Counted from the first letter of the stretch, positions 26,864 through 34,966 are shown. The stretch is 35,105 nt of DNA from Chthoniobacteraceae bacterium (GCA_031409335.1 JANNWY010000055.1:1-35105); one strand, 5' to 3'. The notes: generated by a model not told the origin, from the letters alone. Numbers and translations: made by a program.

Positions 26864-28494
26864 CGCGCGCACATTTCACCACCCTCGCCGGTGGCGCGCT
26901 GGCGCTCGGGATCGGTGCCGTCGCCGCGAAGATGAGCGAGCCCGCGCCCGCCATCGTGCCACCGCTGGTCGAGCCCGCGAAGTCGGCGATGCCCGTGCCC
27001 GCGCGCGGCCGGACGGTCAGCGAATCGTTCGCCGCGGCGCTGCAAAAAGAGACTGGCGGGAAACGCTGGCTGCTGCTGCTCGCCGCGACTGAGAAGGCCG
27101 ATGCGTCCGACATGCCGGGGCTGATCCGCGCGGTCGGCGTGGATTCCGCCGCCGTCCGCATGCTCGCCGCGCACTGGGCCGATCTCGATCCGAGCCACAT
27201 GTTTCACACCGTCTATGCCGAGCTGCTTTTGCCGGAAAATACCCCCGGCGCATTGCCGAGCCGCTACACCCTGTCGAGCGTGCTTTTCGAGCAGTGGGTG
27301 AAGAACGACCCCGCTGCCGCGGTGAAGGCGCTCAACGATGTGCCGGAATTTTCGGGCCGCGAAAATCTGCGTATGACGGCCTCGAACCAGCTCATGAAAG
27401 CCGATGTCGAAACCGGGCTGCGCGCGATGAAGGATTGGGGCATCCGCAATTACTCCCCCGACATGAAAGGCGTGGCGGCGTGGGCCGCGCGCGATCCGCA
27501 GCGCGCGGCGGAAAGCATTTTGAAAAACACCGAGGGCTACGCGCGGCAGGCGGCGCTGAGGGAGGTGGCGAAAGTATGGGGAAACGCCAATCCCAGTGCC
27601 GCGTTCGAATTCGCCGCCGGGCTCGATTCCACGAGCCGCGCGCAGGTCAGCGGGGAAGTCATCCGCGCATGGGCCGAGCGCGATGCGGCGGGTGCGGCGG
27701 CATTTGCCGCGACGCAGCCGGAAGGCGCATTTCGCAACGCGCTCGGCCAGAGTCTTGTCACCGAGTGGGGGAAAACGGATGCGGCTGCGGCGCTCGCGTG
27801 GAGCCAGGGAAATCTGCGCGGCTCGGCGCAGACCGAGGCCATCTCCGGGCTCGTAAAATCCGCCGCGGAAAAAGATCTTGCCGGAGCCGCCCAACTCGTC
27901 GCGACGATGGAACCCGGCACGGCGCAGAACCGCGCGAGCACGGCGATTTTTGAAACGTGGTTTAACAAAGGCAAAGGCGAACGCGCCGCCGCGATCGAAT
28001 GGCTCGCCGCGCTGCCCGATGCCACGGTGCGCAAGGCGGCGATCGAGCGCGTGCAATGGAACTGGGCGTGGAACGATCCCGCTGGCGTGCGCGATTTCAT
28101 CTCCGGCCCGAATGGCGCGCTCGCGTCGCATTCCCTCATCCAGCAAGTCGCCCGCGGCCAGGTGTCCAAAAATCCCGAAGCCGCCATGCAATGGGCCACC
28201 AGCCTGCCCGCCGATCGCGCCGCCGAAGCGCGCGCCGCCGTGCTGGAAAACTGGCTCTCGATCCGCCCAGAAGGTGCCGCCGACTACGTCAGAAAACTCC
28301 CGGTCGGCGAGGAGCGCAGCCGCGCGGTTTCCAGCGTTTCTCAATCGCTCATCTACCAATCCCCGCAGCAGGCCGCCGCGTGGTACCGCACGCTCGGCGA
28401 TGCCGAACGCAAAGTGGCGCGCGAAGTTTTCGACCGCAGCGGCCTTCCGGAGGATCAGCGGAAGCAGTTGGAAGACGGCTTGAAGGCACCGTGA
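26860..28494 (+). CDS. Second membrane-anchored alpha-helical repeat protein (paralog, ATGA-coupled)
   Basis: Same repeat type (WVKNDPAAAVKA, WAARDPQRAA, WAERDAAGAAAF, WGKTDAAAALAW). Its start overlaps the previous stop codon. Confidence 0.85.
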   Translation: MTRAHFTTLAGGALALGIGAVAAKMSEPAPAIVPPLVEPAKSAMPVPARGRTVSESFAAALQKETGGKRWLLLLAATEKADASDMPGLIRAVGVDSAAVRMLAAHWADLDPSHMFHTVYAELLLPENTPGALPSRYTLSSVLFEQWVKNDPAAAVKALNDVPEFSGRENLRMTASNQLMKADVETGLRAMKDWGIRNYSPDMKGVAAWAARDPQRAAESILKNTEGYARQAALREVAKVWGNANPSAAFEFAAGLDSTSRAQVSGEVIRAWAERDAAGAAAFAATQPEGAFRNALGQSLVTEWGKTDAAAALAWSQGNLRGSAQTEAISGLVKSAAEKDLAGAAQLVATMEPGTAQNRASTAIFETWFNKGKGERAAAIEWLAALPDATVRKAAIERVQWNWAWNDPAGVRDFISGPNGALASHSLIQQVARGQVSKNPEAAMQWATSLPADRAAEARAAVLENWLSIRPEGAADYVRKLPVGEERSRAVSSVSQSLIYQSPQQAAAWYRTLGDAERKVAREVFDRSGLPEDQRKQLEDGLKAP

Positions 28495-28524
28495 TCCGCG
28501 CAGGGGGCGATTTGACCTGAAAAA

Positions 28525-28715
28525 GGCGATGGAATTACCGCGGAAGACGCCGATGACGCGGAAAACACGGAAAAGCAGCGGTTTGGGCCGCAACCCGAAA
28601 CAGACCCCGTCTCACCAAATGGGTGAATGCGACCAAGCCCGCTGCCTGCCCTCGAAGTCTCTCCCAATCCGCGTTTTCCGCGTAATCTGCGTCCGCTGCG
28701 GCAATCTCCATCGCC
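28525..28715. repeat. ~190-bp palindromic (MITE-like) element with arms made of 9-bp units
   Basis: Left arm GGCGATGGA-ATTACCGCGGAAGACGCCGATGACGCGGAAAACACGGAA; right arm ATCCGCGTTTTCCGCGTAATCTGCGTCCGCTGCGGCAAT-C-TCCATCGCC. By hand, 31/39 positions match in the core, plus a 9-bp perfect outer stem. Confidence 0.85.
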
Positions 28716-28773
28716 GCTTTTAGGTGTGAAAATGGCCGCGCCCGCGAAGCATCCGCAGCCAAAGCCCATGCGG

Positions 28774-29196
28774 CCTAGACTGCAATGCTGCCAAAATTTG
28801 CAATTCCCAAGTGTTTGAAACTGCAATGAGGCCGGAATTTGTAATTCCCAAGCGTTTGAAGCTGTAATACAGCCGGAATTCATAATTTTCGAGCGTTTGA
28901 GACTGTATTACGGCCAAAATTTGTAATTCCACCTCACTTCCGTACGTAACACGCCCGGAATGGACAATTCTGAGAGAGTTACAGCTGTAATTATCGCGCC
29001 TGAGAGGCGGATGGCCTTTTTACAACTGTAACAGGCCCGGCATTCATAATTTTCGCCCCTTTACAGTCGCAACCGGTCTTTCACCCACAATTCTGGCAGT
29101 AATATAGTCTAAAACGGACGGTTTTTGACAGCGTTGCACGCAGTGTGATTTCCCGACCTTCAAAATCGTGGCGAAAACCCGTTTTGCAGCACAAAG
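28774..29196. repeat. Degenerate non-coding tandem array with a 41-bp period (8-9 clear units, phase traceable to about 10)
   Basis: CTGYAA-like boxes start at 28780, 28821, 28862, 28903, 28944, 28985, 29026, 29067, 29108 and 29190, all exact multiples of 41 apart. Unit 2 is AAACTGCAATGAGGCCGGAATTTGTAATTCCCAAGCGTTTG. Confidence 0.9.
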
Positions 29197-29252
29197 GGCG
29201 GGAGCGATGCCAATGCGGACAGGTGCGGCACGTCATCACCATCCATTCCGCC

Positions 29253-29280
29253 CTTCATGTCCGCCGTGTCCTTCGTGGTT
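29253..29280. repeat. Orphan 9-mer-unit palindrome arm
   Basis: CTTCATGTC CGCCGTGTC CTTCGTGGT T, the same style as the right arm of the 28525-28715 element. Confidence 0.6.
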
Positions 29281-29631
29281 CAATCCGAATCCGCAGGCTT
29301 TTCCACGAGATGCAAAACAGTGAAAAATGGGTGTTGACATCCAAAGAGGGGTAATCAAATCAAAGATCGCGTTTGCAGCGTTGGCGGTATTTCCACCCAT
29401 GAATGACCTTCCCCCAAAAAAGCGGCCCCGCGTCAAAGCCACGATGGACGTGGCTTCCGAAAGCCGCGACGAGCTGCATCCGCTGGTCACGCGCCGCTGC
29501 TCACATCCCGCGCGCCGGTCCACGCTCTGCGCAAATGGAAACCGTAACCGGCTCCGCACATCCAGTTTCATTCCACGAATGCGCACCCTCCGGCCAGCGC
29601 ACAAAAAACCCTCGAAAACCGATTGAATCCC

Positions 29632-29907
29632 ATGAATCTGACCGGCCTGTTTCGTTGCGTTGCATTGGTTTCAGCCATCCTGCTCGGATCGCAGGCCCGT
29701 GGCCAGTCCAGCTACACCATGTATTACCAAAGCGGGCCGCCGCCGACGACGCAGGCGAGCAGCAGTTCGATGGGTTTTGAGGTGCCGATCGAGCGAACGG
29801 GGCACAGCTTTTCCTTTTGCTGGCGCATCGTCGCCAGTGGCAGCGCCAGCAACAGTAGCACCTACCCCGCGCGTTTTGTGACTTCATCAGACCCCCTCAC
29901 TCCCTGA
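29632..29907 (+). pseudogene. Probable truncated secreted-protein gene (or a short secreted protein)
   Basis: Signal peptide MNLTGLFRCVALVSAILLGSQARG, then a beta-rich segment (FEVPIERTG...FCWRIVASGSA) reminiscent of a Calx-beta/Ig domain start. It stops at 91 aa, 61 bp before the STAND gene. Confidence 0.5.
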
Positions 29908-29968
29908 CGCCGATCCCCGCTCTGACCGTCCCCGGTGCGGCGGGCGCGAAAGCAATTTTCTAGCAGTC

Positions 29969-32900
29969 ATGCCTGATAACAAAAAACTCTTCCTCTCCAT
30001 CGTCAGCAACGAGTTCGTGTCGTATCGCCAGCTTCTCGCGTCGGACTTGAAGCGCCCGAACCTGGATGTCGCCGCGCAGGAGGATTTCATCAACACCGGC
30101 GGCTCCACCTTGGAGAAGCTGGACGACTACATCCGCAGTTGCCATGGGGTCATCCACATCATCGGCAAGGCCACCGGGGCCGTGCCGCCGGAGGCAGCGG
30201 TGAAGGCTTTGCTCGCCCGTAATTCCGACTTCGCCGCCAAGCTCCCGCCGCTCGCACCGCACCTCGCGCAGCCGCAGCCCGGCTTTTCCTACACGCAGTG
30301 GGAAGCCTACCTCGCCCTTTACCATCAGCGGCCACTCTTCGTTTATCGCCCCACCGACTTCGATCTGGCGCTGCATCAGGTGCCGCGCGGGCCAAAGTTC
30401 GTTTTCAGCGCCGACGAGGAAAAGTCCCAACGCGAGCATTGCCGCCGCATCTGCGATCTCGGCCACGACCGCAGCCAATTCCTCAACGAAGAGCGCCTCA
30501 GCTCCGCCGTGCTCCGCGACCTCGTGGAGATCCTGCCCCGGCTGGAGACGACCATCAACGTCTCCGCCACCAAGCTCGGCCACACCGCCGAGCGACTCAT
30601 CGGGCGCGACGAAGACCTCGCCCGACTCGATGCCGCCTGGAACGACTCGCACAAAAACGTCGTCATCGTCCGCGCGTTTGGCGGCATGGGGAAGACTTCC
30701 CTCGTCGCCACCTGGATGGCCGAGCTGGCGCTGAAAAACTGGCGTGGCGCCGGGCGCGTCTTCGATTGGTCCTTCTACAGCCAGGGCACCAACGACCAGC
30801 GCGCCGCTTCCGCCGACACCTTCATCGCCGCCGCGCTCACAGCCTTTGGCGATCCCGATCCCGTGCTCGGCTCCGCGTGGGATCGCGGCGCGCGGCTCGC
30901 CCGGCTGGTGGGAAAAGAGCGCTGCCTGCTCGTGCTCGATGGCCTGGAGCCGCTTCAATATCCGCCCGGCCCGATGGAGGGAAAGCTCAAGGACCAGGCC
31001 ATCGAAGCCCTGCTCAAAGGACTCGCCGCCCAGAACGCCGGGCTGTGCGTCGTCACCACGCGTGAAAGAGTCCCCGACATCCAGCAGCACTACGGACGCA
31101 CCGCCGCCGACCTCGCGCTCACCGCGCTCACCGACCTCGCCGGTGCGGCCCTGCTGCATCACCACGGAGCCACGCGCGCCGGAGCCGTGGAGATCAAACG
31201 CGACGACCGGGAACTGCAAACCGCCAGCCGCGAAGTGCGCGGCCACGGCCTCACCCTGCGATTGCTCGGGCAGTATCTGCGGCTCGTGGAAGGCGGCGAC
31301 ATCCTCAAGCGCGGCACCGTGCGCCTGGCCGATGCCGAGCGCGAATACCAGAACGACGCCACCCGCCCCTACGGCCACGCCTTCAAAGCCATGGAAGCCT
31401 ACGAGCAATGGTTCCAGCGCGAGGGCGAGCGCGGCCAGCGCCAGCTCGCCGTCCTGCGCCTGCTCGGCCTCTTCGACCGTCCCGCCTCCAAGGATTGCCT
31501 CGACGCCCTGCTCAAAGCGCCCGCCATCGCCGGGCTGACCGAGCTGCTCGTCGGGTTGGCACCACGCGATTGGAATCTCATCACGAACCGGCTGGCGGAA
31601 ATCAATCTCGTCACCGTGCAGGCCGACGGCGGGCTGGATGCGCATCCGCTGCTGCGGGAATACTTCGCGATGAAACTCCGCGAGCAGCCCGAGAGCTGGA
31701 AGGCCGCGCACAAGCGGCTCTACGAACACCTCTGCGCGAAGACGAAGGACAAGCCCGACGCCACCCTCGAAGACCTCCAACCGCTCTACCAAGTCGTGGC
31801 CCACGGCTGCCAGGCGGGCTTGCAGCAGGAGGCGTGTGAAAAGGTTTACTTCGCCCGCATCCAGTGCGGGCAGAAATCCTACAGCGCGAAGAAACTCGGT
31901 GCGTTCGGTTCGGACTTGGGAGCCATCGCGTGCTTCTTCGAGCAACCTTGGAGCTGCATCTCACCTGCGCTCAGTGAATTCTGGCAAGCTTGGCTGCTTA
32001 ACGAAGCCGCCTTCCGCCTGCGCGCCTTGGGCCGGCTGACCGAGGCCCTCGAGCCGATGCGGGCTGGGCTGGAGAAGCTCATCACGCAAAAGAATTGGAA
32101 GGCTGCAGCAGGAATGGCCAGCAACCTGAGCGAGCTGGAGCTGACGCTGGGCGAGGTGGCCGGCGCGGTGGGGGACGCCGAGCAGTCCGTGACCTACGCC
32201 AACCGCAGCGGCGATGCGGACATGCGGTATGCGATGCGCGAGACATCAGCCGACGCCCTGCACCAGGCGGGCCGCCGGGCCGAGGCGGAGGCGCGCTTCC
32301 GCGAGGCCGAGCAGACGCAGGCCGAGCGCCAGCCCGCCTACCCGCTGCTGTATTCGACGGGGGGCTTCCGGTATTGCGACCTGCTCTTGACGGAGGCGGA
32401 GCGGGCCAGTGGGAATGTCGAAGGAAGAATGGCGAATGACGAATTCGTGAAGCACTGCCGCGCCGTCTCCGAGCGAGCGGCGCAGACGCTCAAGTGGGAG
32501 GAGGGAATGCGCGGCGCACCGATTCTCGACTTCGCGCTTCACCACCTCACCCTGGGCCGCGCCGCGCTCTACGAAGCCATTCTCGGGAAATTCGACATTC
32601 GCAATTCGTCACTCGAAATTGACCACGCCGTCTCCGGCCTCCGCCGCGCCGGCCAGAGCGATGAGCTTCCCAAAGCCCTCCTCACCCGCGCCTGGCAGTG
32701 GAATCTCACCGGCGTGCGGACCGGCCCCGAGAGCGCGCAGAGCGACCTGGACGAAGCCTGGGAAATCGCCGCCCGCGGGCCGATGCCGCTTTTTCTCGCA
32801 GACATCCATCTCTATCGCGCCCGCCTCTTCTTCCGCGAAGCCCATTATCCTTTCACCGATCCCGACGGCACGCCGCGCACCCCCCAGCAGGACCTTGCGG

Positions 32901-33022
32901 ACGCCCGCAAAATCATCACGAAGATAACCAGCTTCAAGCGGCCCGACGGCGTCTTCGAGTCCCACAGCTACCTCCGCCGCCTGCCCGAACTCGAAGACGC
33001 GGAGCAGGCCATTCTCAAGTAA
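29969..33022 (+). CDS. DUF4062/TIR-like + STAND (NB-ARC-like) P-loop NTPase + TPR protein (NLR-like)
   Basis: N-terminal KLFLSIVSNEFVSYR...TLEKLDDYIRSCHGVIHIIG...SYTQWEAYLA. NTPase motifs LIGR, Walker A AFGGMGKTSL, Walker B LLVLDGLE, VVTTRE, GHGLTLRLLG and winged-helix AHPLLREYF. C-terminal helical/TPR region. Confidence 0.88.
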   Translation: MPDNKKLFLSIVSNEFVSYRQLLASDLKRPNLDVAAQEDFINTGGSTLEKLDDYIRSCHGVIHIIGKATGAVPPEAAVKALLARNSDFAAKLPPLAPHLAQPQPGFSYTQWEAYLALYHQRPLFVYRPTDFDLALHQVPRGPKFVFSADEEKSQREHCRRICDLGHDRSQFLNEERLSSAVLRDLVEILPRLETTINVSATKLGHTAERLIGRDEDLARLDAAWNDSHKNVVIVRAFGGMGKTSLVATWMAELALKNWRGAGRVFDWSFYSQGTNDQRAASADTFIAAALTAFGDPDPVLGSAWDRGARLARLVGKERCLLVLDGLEPLQYPPGPMEGKLKDQAIEALLKGLAAQNAGLCVVTTRERVPDIQQHYGRTAADLALTALTDLAGAALLHHHGATRAGAVEIKRDDRELQTASREVRGHGLTLRLLGQYLRLVEGGDILKRGTVRLADAEREYQNDATRPYGHAFKAMEAYEQWFQREGERGQRQLAVLRLLGLFDRPASKDCLDALLKAPAIAGLTELLVGLAPRDWNLITNRLAEINLVTVQADGGLDAHPLLREYFAMKLREQPESWKAAHKRLYEHLCAKTKDKPDATLEDLQPLYQVVAHGCQAGLQQEACEKVYFARIQCGQKSYSAKKLGAFGSDLGAIACFFEQPWSCISPALSEFWQAWLLNEAAFRLRALGRLTEALEPMRAGLEKLITQKNWKAAAGMASNLSELELTLGEVAGAVGDAEQSVTYANRSGDADMRYAMRETSADALHQAGRRAEAEARFREAEQTQAERQPAYPLLYSTGGFRYCDLLLTEAERASGNVEGRMANDEFVKHCRAVSERAAQTLKWEEGMRGAPILDFALHHLTLGRAALYEAILGKFDIRNSSLEIDHAVSGLRRAGQSDELPKALLTRAWQWNLTGVRTGPESAQSDLDEAWEIAARGPMPLFLADIHLYRARLFFREAHYPFTDPDGTPRTPQQDLADARKIITKITSFKRPDGVFESHSYLRRLPELEDAEQAILK
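32413..32621. repeat. Split heptamer inverted repeat inside the STAND gene
   Basis: GAATGTC GAAGGAA GAATGGC GAATGAC GAATTC (32413-32446) and GAAATTC GACATTC GCAATTC GTCACTC GAAATTG (32587-32621) are imperfect reverse complements. Confidence 0.75.
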
Positions 33023-33058
33023 TCGACTTCCCACCAACTCACTCAACCAACCTTCACC

Positions 33059-33466
33059 ATGAAACCATTCACCCACACCCAAGAAAACCCGCTCCCGCTC
33101 AAGACCCCGCCGGGCACTTCGGACTTCACCATGCACGCGGACACGAAAGACGGCGTGGCCATCCTCGTCTGCACCGTCGGCAAGACCGTGCTGCACTACG
33201 ATGCCCGCTGCCTCGCCGACCTGCACGCCATACTCAAGGCCCACGGCGACTGGATGGACCTCGGCGGCGCGGATGAACAGAAGCCGGCAAAGGACGGCAC
33301 CGTGGAAGCCTGGGGCCGCTCGCCCAAGAATCCGGTCAAGGGCTGGTACGGCTTGAAGAAAGGATTGCGCGGCCGCTTCGGCGTGTATGTGCCGCCGCTG
33401 ATGGAAGCCCTCGGCCTCTGCGAACTGGAGCACAACGCCAAGAACAACCGGATGCGCGCGAAGTAG
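33059..33466 (+). CDS. Conserved hypothetical protein, DUF6855-like
   Basis: LKTPPGTS, GDWMDLGGADEQKPAKDGTVEAWGRSPKNPVKGWYGLKKGLRGRFGVYVPPLMEALGL...NNRMRA. Family name recalled from memory and unverified. Strong coding codon bias. Confidence 0.8.
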   Translation: MKPFTHTQENPLPLKTPPGTSDFTMHADTKDGVAILVCTVGKTVLHYDARCLADLHAILKAHGDWMDLGGADEQKPAKDGTVEAWGRSPKNPVKGWYGLKKGLRGRFGVYVPPLMEALGLCELEHNAKNNRMRAK

Positions 33467-33732
33467 GCTGACGGCACGAGGTGGGGCGCGTCTTCCCAGC
33501 GAGAAGGGGTAGGTCCGCATACATGGGAAGGTGGGAGGGGGCAGCAACGTGAGCCGGGCGATCACGGCCAATCGCGATCCGAAGGAAGTCCACCGCCGGA
33601 AACTTCAGAAAACTCTGCACATATGCACGGCCTGACCCTTTCTCTGGGCGCTTGGCACCAGACACACTTCATTTACAATTCACGCACAGAAATCTGACTA
33701 GCCGGCGGCGGTTCGTCACACATTCTATCCCG

Positions 33733-34956
33733 ATGAAAGTCCCATTGATCCTCAGCGCAGTTCTCATCCACGCGATCTTCACCCACAGCGGACGTGCGGC
33801 AGATGGAGCCGTTGAGGAAACGTTGGCGACTCCGGCGGTGCCAGATGGTCAGCGCGCGGGGGTTTGGGAAAAGCGGAGCAACTTCTTGCGCGGACGCATT
33901 TATCACTCAGCGGTCTGGACCTACGCGGAAATGATCGTGTGGGGCGGCGGCTCGGAGCACCAGTTTTACAATGACGGCGGGATCTACGATCCGGTGAAAG
34001 ACCAGTGGCGGCGGGTGTCGGAAACGAATGCACCTTCCGGTCGTTGGGGCCACGCGGCGGTTTGGACGGGACGGGAGATGATCGTGTGGGGCGGGCGCAG
34101 CAACTTCGCGGCAAGCGACAGCAAGAATGACGGGGCGCTTTACAATCCAGAGACGGATACGTGGAGGCGGATGAGCGCCGTGGATGCGCCGACGGCGCGT
34201 TCGCAGATGGCCGCGGTGTGGACCGGCGAGGAGTTGATCGTGTGGGGCGGCATGGGCGACGGCGGGGAATGCTTTGCCACCGGTGCCAGCTACAATGCCC
34301 GGACGGACACGTGGACGGCGCTGCCAGCGGACAATGCGCCGGAAGGCCGGATGGAACCCGCGTTTGTGTGGACAGGGCGCGAGTTCGTGGTGTGGGGCGG
34401 TTTGCTTCAAGGCGGCACCCGTTCGTCGGGCACGGGTGGACGTTACAACCCGGAGAGCCGGACCTGGAAGTCGCTGCCGATGGAAGGCGCGCCGGTTTCG
34501 TCGCGGGGATTGCAAGCGGTGTGGACTGGCACGGAGATGATCGTGTGGGGTGGTGCGCATCTCGATGGCGAAACGCCCGTCAACATCGGGCTGAGGACCG
34601 GCGGACGATACCATCCGGGCACCGACTCCTGGCAGCCGACGGCGGTGAGCGGCGCCCCGGATGGACGGATGTGTTACGCCGCCGCATGGACGGGCGAGGA
34701 GATGATCGTCTGGGGCGGTGGCGATCAAAAGAGCGGGAGTTTGAAGACCGGCGGTAGCTACAATCCGGCGGGCAACGATTGGATCGCCACGGCGACTGTC
34801 GGCGCGCCTTCCGGACGCGGAATCGCGACGGCAGTGTGGACCGGGGACGGGATGTTGATTTTCGGAGGCTCGACGGGTGGAGTGGAGGCGTTCAACGAGA
34901 CTTGGTTTTACCGGCCAGACACCCGGCCTGCGCCGCTCGATCGTGCGCGCGACTAA
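33733..34956 (+). CDS. Secreted 7-blade Kelch-repeat beta-propeller protein
   Basis: Signal peptide from ATG 33733 and seven A-V-W-T-G-x-E-M-I-V-W-G-G...G-x-x-Y-[DN]-P-x-x-D-x-W repeats. Confidence 0.9.
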   Translation: MKVPLILSAVLIHAIFTHSGRAADGAVEETLATPAVPDGQRAGVWEKRSNFLRGRIYHSAVWTYAEMIVWGGGSEHQFYNDGGIYDPVKDQWRRVSETNAPSGRWGHAAVWTGREMIVWGGRSNFAASDSKNDGALYNPETDTWRRMSAVDAPTARSQMAAVWTGEELIVWGGMGDGGECFATGASYNARTDTWTALPADNAPEGRMEPAFVWTGREFVVWGGLLQGGTRSSGTGGRYNPESRTWKSLPMEGAPVSSRGLQAVWTGTEMIVWGGAHLDGETPVNIGLRTGGRYHPGTDSWQPTAVSGAPDGRMCYAAAWTGEEMIVWGGGDQKSGSLKTGGSYNPAGNDWIATATVGAPSGRGIATAVWTGDGMLIFGGSTGGVEAFNETWFYRPDTRPAPLDRARD

Positions 34957-34966
34957 CCGGCGGAGC

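Noticed and set aside
28455..28932. Short minus-strand ORFs across the array (142 aa, 70 aa)
   Set aside because: The ELQILA-like peptides recur in different frames because the period is 41 bp. There is no coding codon bias.
28774..29196. CRISPR array or canonical TIGR array
   Set aside because: There are no unique 25-45-nt spacers, the variable parts are only 7 nt and partly related to each other, the period is 41 rather than 36, and no cas or Nop-domain gene is in the window.
29399..29626. Possible riboswitch or ORF in the leader (hairpin AAGCCACG-ATGGA-CGTGGCTT)
   Set aside because: It matches no riboswitch consensus that I recognise, and the overlapping ORFs lack coding features. An Rfam scan would settle it.
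29960..31945. 661-aa minus-strand ORF, and likewise 22493-24772 and 26362-28593
   Set aside because: Antisense shadows of well-supported plus-strand genes.
33470..33730. Possible structured RNA between the DUF6855-like and Kelch genes (CTTCCCA...TGGGAAG)
   Set aside because: Only a 7-bp stem with a long loop, and no recognisable family.
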